NCBI GenBank assembly: GCA_965209095.1
Contig: OZ242381.1
Location: forward strand, 4,417,784-4,481,783
Source: Candidatus Poribacteria bacterium
Lineage (GTDB): Bacteria; Poribacteria; WGA-4E; WGA-3G
Reading direction: 5' to 3'
DNA length: 64,000 nucleotides
Of the stretch, positions 49,852-61,000 are shown in pieces (the first letter of the stretch is position 1; every line of letters starts with the position of its first letter). A model generated the notes under the pieces. The model searched no databases. It saw nothing but the letters and a program-made list of their open reading frames with translations, and was not told the origin of the DNA. The position numbers were made by a program, and so were the translations under genes.

Positions 49852-50868
49852 CTATGCCCACGGATCCAAAACAACCTTACCACATTCTCCTGTCGCTTGT
49901 AATTCCCAAGCCTTTTGAACTTCACTCATCGGGAATGTGTGTGTGATGTAGATATCTATTTTATCTTTAGCCTCCTTGATTACCTTCATCAGTTTTGGAT
50001 AAAATCCAAGGTTATAGTGCCAATTTCCACGTAAGACCAGACCTTTGCGAATCATATCCCTGCTCGCTGCAAGCGGGAATTCTCCACCCTCACCGACAAA
50101 GGTAACTTGCCCTTTTCTTCGTGCTGCATCAACCATCAACCGATGTGCTGCAGATGCACCAGAACAATCAACTGCTTTGTCAATTCCAATACCGTTGGTC
50201 AGTTCTCGGATTTGACCAAGGATATCATCATCATTTGGGTTTAGTACTACTTCAGCACCCAATTTCTTTGCAAGTTCTGCCCGATAAGGATGGCTTTCCA
50301 CACCGATAACACGTGCACCGCGATAACTTGCATTGATGATACCACCAAGACCGACAGGTCCTAATCCGGTAACCATCACTGTGTCTAATGCATCCACTTC
50401 CATCTGTTCCATTGCCCCGAATGTTGGTCCGAGTCCACAACATGCCATACCACCGTGAGCAAAACTCATATCATCAGGAATGGGGAACAGAAGGTCCTCC
50501 ATCTTATGCATATATTGTGCATAAGTTGCACCCGCGACATCCGAACCAACCATTTCACGAATGTTACGTCCACCAGTGCAATGTATGTGTTCACCGATAA
50601 CACACATATTACACTTGCCACATGAATTTTGTGGTTGAACGACGACACGATCCCCAACCTTTACGCGACCGGGTTGGGCAACTTCAACAACTTCTCCCGC
50701 TGCTTCGTGTCCGAAATGTTCACCACTATTTCCAGCTTTGAAGCCTTTATATTCAGTGCACATCGGAACAGCACGAATTTTGACAACGACTACATCTCCC
50801 CCTGCCTTCGGGTCAGGTTTATCAACTATACCACCTTTGCCATCTCCAAACATTGCTGCTACTTTCAT
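49852..50868 (-). CDS. Zinc-dependent alcohol/polyol dehydrogenase (MDR family)
   Basis: GHEAAGEVVEV, structural zinc Cys cluster CGKCNMCVIGEHIHC, and Rossmann GLGPVG. Start at 50868, with RBS AAGGA upstream. Confidence 0.75.
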   Translation of the reverse strand: MKVAAMFGDGKGGIVDKPDPKAGGDVVVVKIRAVPMCTEYKGFKAGNSGEHFGHEAAGEVVEVAQPGRVKVGDRVVVQPQNSCGKCNMCVIGEHIHCTGGRNIREMVGSDVAGATYAQYMHKMEDLLFPIPDDMSFAHGGMACCGLGPTFGAMEQMEVDALDTVMVTGLGPVGLGGIINASYRGARVIGVESHPYRAELAKKLGAEVVLNPNDDDILGQIRELTNGIGIDKAVDCSGASAAHRLMVDAARRKGQVTFVGEGGEFPLAASRDMIRKGLVLRGNWHYNLGFYPKLMKVIKEAKDKIDIYITHTFPMSEVQKAWELQATGECGKVVLDPWA

Positions 50869-51110
50869 ATCCTTTTCGTGCCATTCTCTCATTTATCTAA
50901 CAATGGTATATTAGGTGAGAGATTTAGGCAATCCTCCTTCAATAATGTATCAACACCTTACCATAACTCATTAATTTCGTCAATGTATTATTTCATCGCG
51001 ATGAGAGATTCCAAAAATGCTTGGAAGAAGGGATAAACGTACTCTCTTACGTGGAAAGATGTATCAATAGAGGCATGAAAGAAAGTTTAGGTGAGAAATA
51101 ACAGGTAGGA

Positions 51111-51148
51111 AATAAAAAAGGCAGATACCCAAAAAGGATACCTGCCTA
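51111..51148 (-). terminator. Rho-independent terminator (conserved motif, copy 3 of 3)
   Basis: On the minus strand it reads GGCAGGTATCC-TTTTT-GGGTATCTGCC-TTTTTTTATTT (11-bp stem with 2 G.U pairs), 3' of 51169..54795. Confidence 0.65.
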
Positions 51149-51168
51149 TCAATAATAAGTGTGTTAGA

Positions 51169-54100
51169 TTATGGTGCGGTTGTCTGTGCGACTCTTGAAG
51201 TTCTGCTTTCCCCGACACCGTTGACAGCCCGCACTCTAAATCGATAGACTTCTCCGGTTTCTAATCCTGTAACCGTATACGAAGTGCTTGTGCTGCCCGT
51301 AGACGTGTAGTCTGTCCATTTTTTCCATCCGTTATCATATTTGCAATAGGCGACTTTATAGTCTGTAATCGGGCTGCCGTTCGCGTCCGGTGCTGTCCAT
51401 GTGAGGACAATGGAGCCAGTGGTGCTGCCCGCTGCCGCGCTCACGCCTGTGGGTACATCCGGTTTTTTCGCCTTTGGTGTTTCTGAAAGTGTCTCTGTGC
51501 TGGGTCCTGTACCGACAGCGTTTCGTGCTCGGACTTGGAACTGATAAGTGGTGCCATTGGTCAATCCCGTGACAAGATATTCGGGCAATTCTACGTTTGC
51601 GTTTCCCGCCGAAGCCCAATCGTTCCAACTGCCACCGCTTTGCCGATACCGATATTCGTAGTCTGTTATCGGGGTGCCGCCATTATATGCAGGCGGGTCC
51701 CAATAGAGGTCCACCGCCCCATTGTCAGAGGCCGTGCTGAAGTATGCTGGCACGCCCGGCACAGCCGTATTCGTTGGGGTCGCTGATACGGTCGCAGCCG
51801 TTCCCGCTCCGCTCTCGTTTGTGGCGACTACTTCAAAATCATAAGTGGTGCCATTGGTGAGTGAGGTGATGGTCACAGAGGTCTGCCACTGTTCTGTACT
51901 CCAAGAACTCCACGTGCCACTGTTTTGTCTGTATCTATATTGATAGTTGATGGTGCCACCCCCATCATCTGCGGGGTAACTCCAACTGAGGTAGACACTC
52001 GCATTGCCCGCCACTGCCGCCAAGTCTTGCGGGGCGGAAGGAGCTGTGATACTTTGCATGGTGATGACCGCCTTATTTGAAGTCGTGCTTGCACCGATTG
52101 GATTGACAGCACTTATCATAAACGCATACGTCTCCCCCGGTGTAAAGCGATACAGGTTCACTGAAGTGCTTATGCTATTCAGGGTGCCTAACTCCTCCCA
52201 CGATCCATCGTTCTTTGTGTCTATATGATAGCGATAACTTGTGATGGCTCTGCCCCCATCATCTACAGGGGCATCCCAGTCCAGATACACCGTCGTTCGA
52301 TCTACGCCCGACACGGTGAGATTGCGCGGGGCACTCGGCACAGTGGGCGGAGACGGCGCGGTACCCAAAGTCGTAAAAGTAAACGCCGCAGATGGATCGC
52401 TATAACCCACAGCATTCTTGGAACGCACAACGAACTCGTAAGAGGTCCCCGCAGTTAGCCCCGTGATCGTTTCAGACGTGTCCGTACCCGCAGATGTCCA
52501 CGTGCCTTCCTCTGTCGCACCAGAAACCTTATAACGATATTCGTAGTCTAAAATAGCACTCCCACCATCTGATGTAGGTGCACTCCAAGACACAACCACT
52601 GACGTATCCCCTGAAGGCGTTGCACTGCTAATAGAGGGGGAACCAGGCACCGTGGAGAGCGTGACCGTATAACTCACTTCATAAGTGCCTGAACTCGTCG
52701 TCACATACGCAGTGATCACATAAGCCCCAGACACAGCATCCGCAGCAAACGTGTAACTCAAAGATGCCATCGTCGCACTCCCATCCCCCGTATCCGTCTC
52801 CACAAGCGACCCCCTATCAGACGTGTCCGCAGGTGGCTTCACATACCACTTCACTGAGGTATACGCAGCAGGAGCAACGCAATTCGAGGTGTGACTACTA
52901 CCTGCTGTACAGGTGTAGACATCATCTGAGGAGGTCAACGTGCTTTGATTACTTGATGTGCCATCGTCGTCTGGTGGTGACCACTGCGGTTTGGGAAATT
53001 TCTGTAGGTCCGGTTTCGGTGCGTTTTTATGTGCTTCAGCTACGCTTTTACTCACAAACAGATATTCAACATTATGGAGACGCGCAAGATAACTGCTGGA
53101 CTGCTCATACATCGCTAAAATGGATGCCGAAGTTATGTCATAACGATTACCACTACTGCCAAGATACCCGATGATCGCTGTTTCTGAACCGTAATCCATA
53201 ATGGTGCTACCAGAGTCCCAAACGGAAAGAGGTGATGAACCACACCTTGCATGGGGACCATGACGTAACGACGGGGCACGATAGAGATTATGCTCATTCG
53301 GTTTGTCCGGATCCTTTTCATACTGACAGTAAGTGATATTATATCTTACGCGATCATGGTAACGGGGACGCGCAATGTCCGGTCTTTCACTGCTATAGAT
53401 AGGTTCAAACGGATGAAAAAGTCCAACAGCATGCCCAATTTCATGTCCAATCACCAAGCTTATTAGTTTGGAAACGCGATAATTGGTTGTGGATGGAACC
53501 TTTGCAGCATAAGACTCGCCAAGCCGAATTCGCTCACTTTCTGTCGCAGACTCAGCGTCTTGAATAGCTTCTTCGTAAATTTTAATGACTTCCATCGCAT
53601 GGACAGGACCCGGCACCGGCGGTTTAACCTCACCAAAAAGTGTAGGGAGTGTATCAATTTTACTATCTTTATCCACCCACAGGGCATTCTGTTCAAGAAA
53701 TGTTTTCAGTCCCCCACAAGAATTGAAGTTAACCCAGGGATCCTCACTTCCTGGAGCAACAGTAGAAAGAGCCTTCGGATCCGGGTTAGGCAGCCTATAT
53801 GCCTCATTAAAGTTTATTTCGTGCTTTACAATGGGGGCAGGTAACCCACTTGCATCCCCGATACCCTCGTCCATCTCGGAAAAGATAAAGAGGTCCTTAT
53901 CAGTGGGATCGATAGTGGTGTGTTTCCCTTTCACATAGAAACCACGGTATTCTTCAAACACCGTGAACCCATCGCCCGTATAGATATTGTTCCCCGGTCC
54001 CGTTTCCGTATCATCCCACGGTAAGTAATTTGCGTTCTTGTCAAGGGTGCTTGATGTCTCATCGTAAGTCTCTGATTCATCTGATTCAGGATCCCACCCA

Positions 54101-54795
54101 TCCGCAATATCATTACTATTATTGTCCCAAGGAATACTAATCTCGTTATCGGCTGAATCTGACGGTGTAAAACTCCCTGAAAGCGGATCCTTATAGTTAA
54201 AGGTAGCACTCGCAGATAAAATGCCGAATGCACCATAATCGTTCACACGGACAGAGACCAAAACACTACTATTATTGCCATTCGTTTCTGTCAGTCCTAA
54301 GCCTATCTCAACTTCACCGGACCCATTCGGTTTCTCACCCGGAACCGCTATCGGATCCGTCACCGTATACAAATATCCCGAACCACTCGCATTATCCTTT
54401 CTGCGGAAAAACAGATCGGAAGAAGCAGCTGTATCAATATCTTCGTTTGCGGTGCCGTCTCCGTCCGCGTCGCCTTCTTCCTTTCCATTAAAATTCATGC
54501 ACACACCTTTCAATTTAGAAGGGGTGCCAAGATCAAACGTAAACTCTACATTCCGAAATGCCGTAATCGCTTGACCATCCGCTGTCTTGCCTTTGATGAT
54601 GGCAGTAAATAACGCATTCGTTTGATATTCAGGTCGCCACCCCAACCATGCTTGCGGGTCCGCAGGTTCCAGCTCTAACTCAAACGTGGGGTCATTCGAG
54701 TCTCCGTTTGCTTGTGCAAAACAAACATGGAAGTAAAAGGGTGAACATATAAAAAGCACAAAAAGTATCCGTAAAATAATAGTCTGTCTATTCAT
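51169..54795 (-). CDS. Secreted metzincin-type zinc metalloprotease with about 5 tandem fibronectin type III domains
   Basis: Signal peptide. HEIGHAVGLFH matches the metzincin HExxHxxGxxH motif. The C-terminal half holds roughly 90-aa repeats (...VYLDWDAP.DDGG..I..Y.YRY...G.W...) that look like FN3. Also contains the WYVKPPADTS...GDG and GDGFTVFEEYRG motifs. Confidence 0.7.
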   Translation of the reverse strand: MNRQTIILRILFVLFICSPFYFHVCFAQANGDSNDPTFELELEPADPQAWLGWRPEYQTNALFTAIIKGKTADGQAITAFRNVEFTFDLGTPSKLKGVCMNFNGKEEGDADGDGTANEDIDTAASSDLFFRRKDNASGSGYLYTVTDPIAVPGEKPNGSGEVEIGLGLTETNGNNSSVLVSVRVNDYGAFGILSASATFNYKDPLSGSFTPSDSADNEISIPWDNNSNDIADGWDPESDESETYDETSSTLDKNANYLPWDDTETGPGNNIYTGDGFTVFEEYRGFYVKGKHTTIDPTDKDLFIFSEMDEGIGDASGLPAPIVKHEINFNEAYRLPNPDPKALSTVAPGSEDPWVNFNSCGGLKTFLEQNALWVDKDSKIDTLPTLFGEVKPPVPGPVHAMEVIKIYEEAIQDAESATESERIRLGESYAAKVPSTTNYRVSKLISLVIGHEIGHAVGLFHPFEPIYSSERPDIARPRYHDRVRYNITYCQYEKDPDKPNEHNLYRAPSLRHGPHARCGSSPLSVWDSGSTIMDYGSETAIIGYLGSSGNRYDITSASILAMYEQSSSYLARLHNVEYLFVSKSVAEAHKNAPKPDLQKFPKPQWSPPDDDGTSSNQSTLTSSDDVYTCTAGSSHTSNCVAPAAYTSVKWYVKPPADTSDRGSLVETDTGDGSATMASLSYTFAADAVSGAYVITAYVTTSSGTYEVSYTVTLSTVPGSPSISSATPSGDTSVVVSWSAPTSDGGSAILDYEYRYKVSGATEEGTWTSAGTDTSETITGLTAGTSYEFVVRSKNAVGYSDPSAAFTFTTLGTAPSPPTVPSAPRNLTVSGVDRTTVYLDWDAPVDDGGRAITSYRYHIDTKNDGSWEELGTLNSISTSVNLYRFTPGETYAFMISAVNPIGASTTSNKAVITMQSITAPSAPQDLAAVAGNASVYLSWSYPADDGGGTINYQYRYRQNSGTWSSWSTEQWQTSVTITSLTNGTTYDFEVVATNESGAGTAATVSATPTNTAVPGVPAYFSTASDNGAVDLYWDPPAYNGGTPITDYEYRYRQSGGSWNDWASAGNANVELPEYLVTGLTNGTTYQFQVRARNAVGTGPSTETLSETPKAKKPDVPTGVSAAAGSTTGSIVLTWTAPDANGSPITDYKVAYCKYDNGWKKWTDYTSTGSTSTSYTVTGLETGEVYRFRVRAVNGVGESRTSRVAQTTAP

Positions 54796-54914
54796 GAGAG
54801 TCTCCTTCTCCTATTGTGTGATGATGCGTCTCGTAAGACCTATAAAACAATTACACGATTCTTTGTAAAACATATTGCGAATGTATACGCGAAAACAAAC
54901 GTCTTTTTCATCTT

Positions 54915-55943
54915 CTAATGCCTGTGAAACAACCTTGTCGGTAGATCGGGACCGAGGAGGGGGAGTGCCCCTTTCCTTTTCTTTTCTCGCACTGCCTCAC
55001 CTGCACCACTACTGTCTACTACGGATTTCACAGTGGAAATCCAAAAACTGAGAGCATCAATGATGTAATCCGGTTGTGAGGTGTCCATAGCATATCTATA
55101 GGAACGTCTCAGCGAGGCTAATGCTTTGTCGTAATCTCCTAATTGATAGTAACACGCCCCCTCAACGCCCAACCGCAGATACCGCGCATCCCGTGCTTGC
55201 GCCCGTTGCGCATAAACGAGAGCCTCCTTCGGATTCGGACCTAAAAGACATTTCGAAAGGTAGTGCAATACCCACGGATGATCCGGATCCATTTCGGACA
55301 AACGCCGCGCACCCGATGTCTTTGCTGCGCCATAAGAGCGGTCACCCGCATTTCCACCAGCGTATACCCACATCAGCAACGTGTCAAAATCATCCGGATT
55401 CTCCGCATACGCACGGTTTATTATTAGATTGCTCAGTTTGTCGTCAATGGATCCACGCAGTTCAATGTCTAACTGTGCGTATGCGACAAGACCATATTCA
55501 CGAAGACTTTGGAGGACTTTTTCATTAGATTCTTCAACCGTTATCTTATTTTGTCTTGCGGCTATAAACAATTCATCTAATGTTTCCACGTGCCTTATCC
55601 ACCACTCAAGAGGCACAACGAGTGGGGCCCATGGACGCGGGATTCCCCCTATATTTTCGCGTGAGATTTCAATAGCATCGACACCTTTTAACGTCGCGAG
55701 ATACTCAAAATCCTTAAACTGCTCAGCAGATAACGTTGCTGTTTTTCCACGGGGTTTGACACCATCTGTTTGTATCGGCGCGGTTTTATCGCCAGGTATA
55801 GGTGTCTTGTCCAGTGTGGTATCGTCAGGCTGTTGTGCTTGTTCTGTGTGCTGCAGATTTTTCTGAGCACAGCCACTACAGCCTGCAAGTAGTATCACAA
55901 CAAACAGAAGTAAAGTTGTGGTGTGTTCTATCCTAAGTTTCAT
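54915..55943 (-). CDS. Hypothetical lipoprotein
   Basis: Lipobox LLAGCSGC. Stop overlaps the start of the giant gene's upstream neighbour. Weak TPR-like C-terminus. Confidence 0.4.
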   Translation of the reverse strand: MKLRIEHTTTLLLFVVILLAGCSGCAQKNLQHTEQAQQPDDTTLDKTPIPGDKTAPIQTDGVKPRGKTATLSAEQFKDFEYLATLKGVDAIEISRENIGGIPRPWAPLVVPLEWWIRHVETLDELFIAARQNKITVEESNEKVLQSLREYGLVAYAQLDIELRGSIDDKLSNLIINRAYAENPDDFDTLLMWVYAGGNAGDRSYGAAKTSGARRLSEMDPDHPWVLHYLSKCLLGPNPKEALVYAQRAQARDARYLRLGVEGACYYQLGDYDKALASLRRSYRYAMDTSQPDYIIDALSFWISTVKSVVDSSGAGEAVREKKRKGALPLLGPDLPTRLFHRH

Positions 55944-56241
55944 TGATTTTCTCCTTTATGAATGTTCTCAATCGTGAGAGGTTTGCTTTGTAAGGGGGTT
56001 TGTTCTGATGTCGGAATAGATATATGTGCTTGTTTCTTTTTGTCTATATGGATAATCATGCCGCGATATTCTTCGAACAGCGTGAAACCATCTTCGTTTA
56101 CCGATTTGTGTGATTTTTGTTTCTGTTCCTGCGGTGTATTCGGCAGGTTTTCAACAACGTCTCTATTTTTCACCGAGCAGCCAGCGAGTAGAATACCGGC
56201 AAGCAAGAGGAAAGATGTAATTGTTTGTATCTGAAGTTTCA
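55940..56241 (-). CDS. Small lipoprotein sharing a DGFT[LV]FEEYRG motif with the metalloprotease
   Basis: Lipobox LLAGCSV. EDGFTLFEEYRGMIIHI parallels GDGFTVFEEYRGFYVKG in 51169..54795. ATGA overlap with the downstream gene. RBS AAGGAG upstream. Confidence 0.45.
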
Positions 56242-56382
56242 TGCGTATCTCCTTTAGTTTCTGAGTATAGTTTGGCTCTGCATTTTTACGGGTTTGCCAC
56301 CGTCGCGTACTCAACACAGAGAACGGGCTGCATTAGATGTCAAAGATAACACTACTCATTTTGTTGCTGTCGAAGCTTGGAA

Positions 56383-56530
56383 ACTTCCTCTTGAGATCGA
56401 TAGATAATGGTAACAAGCCCACCCATATGACCATAGTTGACTTCAGACATGCCTTGATACACAGCTAGAACTTTTTCATATTCGCCGAATTTATGATAAC
56501 AGCGCGCTAATAATCCATTATTCGGTATGG
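56383..56530 (-). pseudogene. Possible TPR-gene remnant
   Basis: The reverse complement translates to ...ARCYHKFGEYEKVLAVYQGMSEVNYGHMGGLVTIIYRSQEEVSKL..., with no in-frame start. Confidence 0.2.
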
Positions 56531-57086
56531 CATGGACCGATCAACGCAAAAGACGCATTTTACCTTAATCAGTAAATTCTTGTGCAGACAATATAGAGGA
56601 CAACACGTTGCAAATTAACACATTAGGGAACACTAAGATCCCTATAATGTTTATCAAGACTTATTGTCAATATAACATCGATTCTCTGATATTTTTGTAA
56701 TGTTTTTTGGGTTCCCGATTTTTTTCAACTAACTATTAGACCGTTAAATTGTGCGTAACGTGTCTAATACATGAGATTAACACATTTCTCTATTTTTATC
56801 AAGTATTAATCAAACTGACGTTAAAAGTAATATAGTTCGGACAGTTTTTTTGAGTCGTGATGCTTTCATTTTCACTTTTAAATCTCGTGCTAAAACACAT
56901 TTCGCCCCTCTGGGGCTTGGCTTACTATTACCCATAAGTTTTTGAGGGTGGTATATTCAGTTTTTCACCGGTTCTGCTGGGGAAACGGACATGAAAATAG
57001 ACCCAAATTTTGAAATCAGGATGCCTTTATGTGCCTTTTGGATGATTTCGGTCGTTTTTTCGTCTTTATGAGACGTTTTATGTCGG

Positions 57087-57190
57087 AAATCGGGGTTAGA
57101 AACCCCTCCTACAAGAAGTTGAAACCATTCATTCGACTTGTGGGTAATAGTAAGCCCCTACGTGCAGTGCCAAAAACTTTACACACCCTC
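57087..57190. repeat. Chimeric MITE-family copy G
   Basis: Half of the 12882-13020 module (ATCGGGGTTAGAAACCCCTCCTACAAG) joined to a copy-A/D-type end (CCCCTACGTGCAGTGCCAAAAACTTTACACACCCTCC). Confidence 0.55.
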
Positions 57191-57248
57191 CCAACACAAT
57201 TAGAAATGATATGACTTGACATTGTGATTTTTATTGGATAAAATTTGA

Positions 57249-57995
57249 GTGGTTTATTTCTATAAATTGATAGGAATGGTTACTATTAGAATGCATCTAA
57301 ATGGCGAAAAAACACATCAATTGAGAGTTTCAAATCTATCTAAAGACTTTGGAGAAATAGAAGTTTTACGTAATATTTCATTTGTTTTTAATGCAGGGGA
57401 ATCCATTGCAATTACTGGACCATCAGGATCCGGAAAGAGTACTCTCCTTCACATAATCGGCACATTAGAAAAACCAACTAATGGAAATGTTGAAATAAAT
57501 GGAACAGATCCTTTTGAACTTACAGAACCGGAATTAGCTCGCTATAGGAACAGTGTCATTGGTTTTGTATTTCAAGATCATCATCTGCTGCCACAATACT
57601 CAGTTCTTGAAAATGTTCTCATTCCCACCCTTGCCTTCAAACCTGATCCCGATGCTACAAACCAAGCACAAGAACTCATCAGACGTGTTGGTCTAATAGA
57701 TAGGATGTCGCATCGTCCAGGTGAACTTTCTGGTGGTGAACGTCAACGTGTGGCAATTGCACGTGCACTCATTAACCGACCGAGTATTCTTCTATGTGAT
57801 GAACCGACAGGTAATTTGGACAGCGTTACTTCACAGAATATCGCAAATTTGCTTTTTGAAATGCATAAATCAGAAAACAATATACTCATCGTAGTTACAC
57901 ACAATCTTGACCTTGCTTCCCGTTTCCAAAATCACCTTCGACTTGATGACGGTGTGTGTACAGTAGAGCCAGGACATCCAAAAGATAGTTCTTAA
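57249..57995 (+). CDS. ABC transporter ATP-binding protein (MacB/LolD/FtsE-like)
   Basis: Walker A GPSGSGKST, signature LSGGERQR, Walker B ILLCDEPT. Start uncertain (GTG 57249 or ATG 57276/57291). Confidence 0.8.
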   Translation: MVYFYKLIGMVTIRMHLNGEKTHQLRVSNLSKDFGEIEVLRNISFVFNAGESIAITGPSGSGKSTLLHIIGTLEKPTNGNVEINGTDPFELTEPELARYRNSVIGFVFQDHHLLPQYSVLENVLIPTLAFKPDPDATNQAQELIRRVGLIDRMSHRPGELSGGERQRVAIARALINRPSILLCDEPTGNLDSVTSQNIANLLFEMHKSENNILIVVTHNLDLASRFQNHLRLDDGVCTVEPGHPKDSS

Positions 57996-58022
57996 TCGCA
58001 TCGTTCAGACAGGATTTATTCT

Positions 58023-61000
58023 ATGCGTAACATCTTGAAAACAGCAAAATACTATTGGAGAATTCATTTTATTGTTGCGTTATGTACTGCCGTTGCAACT
58101 GGCGTACTTGCTGGTGCATTGATAGTTGGAGATTCCATGCGGGGTAGTTTACGTAATATCACATTAGAACGGTTAGGTAAAATACAACATGCAGTCATCG
58201 CGGATCATTTTTTTCACCCGGAAATAATAATAAAACAACAGAATATGGAAGCAGCTATTCTACTGAATGGTACGGTTGTCGCTGCTGACACTGATGCTCG
58301 GGCATCAAAAGTAAACATTTACGGAGTAGAGGAGTCCTTTTTTGACTTTTGGGATGAAACATCAACCCCAAATTTGAATAATCAAGATAACCTACCTTTC
58401 GCAAGCATTGTAATTAATGATGCACTTCAAAAAGAACTAAATGTTCAGATAGGCGATACAATTCTTGTTAATTTTCCAAAAGCTGCTGAAATACACCCAG
58501 AATTTTTATTGGGAACTCGTGATGCGGACGATGTTATTCAAAGTCTACGCGTGATAGTAAGCGATATTATTTTCACCGAAAATGCTGGCAGATTTAGTAT
58601 ACATCCCCATCAAAATCTGCCTATGAATGCCTATATTTCACTTCCTATCCTGCAGAAAACACTTGGACAAACTGATAAAATTAACGCTATGTTTGCTGCA
58701 GATTCAGAACCGATTTCCTCCAATTCCATTGCTCTCACACTTGACGCACTTGGTTTGAAGATCAAATCAGTCAAAAACCATTTTGATCTACAAAGTGAAA
58801 AGTACCTTATTGAACCTAAACTATCGGAAACAGCACTGACCGTTGCAGCAAAAAATGATATTTCTACAATTCCAACACTTACCTATCTTGCAAATACACT
58901 AACTACTATAGAGAATGATAATGACTCCCGTATAGTGCCATATTCAACAGTATTAGCATTGCCGATTGATAGTAAGAAATTGGATAAGCCTTTTGACATA
59001 TATAATTCCGAGCAGATAGACGATTTTGATATTTTCCTCAATAAATGGACAGCTGACGATCTTAGGGTTAAGATAGGAGATAAAATAGGATTCACATATT
59101 TCAGTGTCAATGCTGAAGAAGGGTACATTACAAAGCGTGTTACATTTACATTGAAAGGGACCGTTCCAATAGATGGAATTGCCGCAGACAGAAACTTAAT
59201 CCCGTCATTTCCAGGAATACATGACACTGCTGGTCTTTCCGATTGGGATCCGCCATTTCCTTTCGATTACAGTCAGGTACGTGATAAAGACGAAGCATAT
59301 TGGGATGAATACAAGGCAACACCAAAGGCATTTATACCATTAAAGACAGGAAAATCTCTTTGGAAAAATCGGTTTGGTGACCTTACCTCAATTCGGATGG
59401 GTACTGCACCGGGCATGGAAATAGACGAAACGAGAGTATTATTTGAGGCAAAATTTCTTGAATTGATAAAGCCAGAAGACATTGGCTTCCAATTCCTGTC
59501 TCTCCAAGAAGAAGGTCTACAGTCGGCCAAAGGTTCAACAGATTTTGGTATGTTATTTAGTAGTCTCAGTTTTTTCATAATTTTTGCTGCTGCAACGCTC
59601 GTCAGTTCTATCTTCGCAATCGGTGTCTCACAACGTTCCCGTGAAATTGGAATACTGCATGCAGTTGGATACAAACTGAAGAAAATTCGGCGACGTTTTC
59701 TATTTGAGGGAATTACAATCGCCTTCATTGGGAGTATATTTGGATGTCTACTTGCAATAGGCTATGCACAATTGATGATATTTGGATTAAAAACTTGGTG
59801 GTTACCCGCTATAGGTACTCCGTTTATTGATCTATATGTTAGCGGATGGAGTTTGCTGATCGGTATTTCTGTAACACTTGTCATCGTTATTTTCTTCATA
59901 CGACATATTGTCAAAAGACTTGGTAAAGTTTCTACTGCAGCACTGCTTGCTGGAGAGACTGATTTTGATGAAGTATCACTAAAAACTAAATCTCAGAAAA
60001 TACAAACCGAAATAGAAAAGAAAACATCATTATATCTTGGTATAGTCTTCGGTATTATTGCTGGGTATTTCTTATGTGCTGAGGGATGGGGTGGTTTCAT
60101 TTTTATCTTATTCGTCAATACCCTACTCTATTTTATTCTCCGCAGTAGGTGGTTATCATTTCTTATGGAAAGACTCGGTCCTACAATTGATTATCATAAT
60201 AACAGACAGTTCAGACTAAACCTAAAAAGTAGAACAGTCTTAATAGGTTTTGTCATTGGAACAATAGTAGGTTTTATTGCTACGATGTTGGTATTTTCTC
60301 TTGATGTTTCACACGTCTATGAAACAATATTAGCTGTGTATAATCACCCCATTGTCAGATTATTGGGTTCAGCGATCACTATTCTTGGTATTGGGACTTT
60401 TCTATTTGATAGATGGTTAGGTTCACAAAGAGTTCCTAAACGTCTGAACCGACTGAGATTTGGACTTAAGAATGCAGCTTGGCAACCGATACACAGTAAT
60501 AGTTCTGTTGTGATTATGAGTTTGGCGTGTTGTATTATTGTTGCAGTGGGTGTGAATAGACATGATGCATTACCAGAAACAGAATATGCTTTCGTTGCAG
60601 ACGCTTCACTACCGGTACACCATAACCTAAATTCACCAGAGGGTAAACTTGAACTGGGTTTCAATGAAGAAGATTCGGCATTGATTGCAAAGTCAGAAAT
60701 ATTTCCATTTCGTGTATTACCGGGTGAGGATGTGAGTTGTCTCAATCTTTATAAGCCTAAAAAACCGCAGATTTTAGGGGCACCTAATAGCATGACAGAC
60801 GAAGAACCTTGGCGACTCTTATTCTTGGAACATCCACAAGCACAGGAAAAAAGAGTACACGCCATTGGTGATGAAAATTCCTTAAGATGGATTTTACATC
60901 ATAATACGAAAGATGATTTCGTTATACAGGATGAGAAAGGGGACTCCTTATATTTACAGCTCAACACAATTAAGAACAGTCTTTTTCAAAGTCAATTGAT

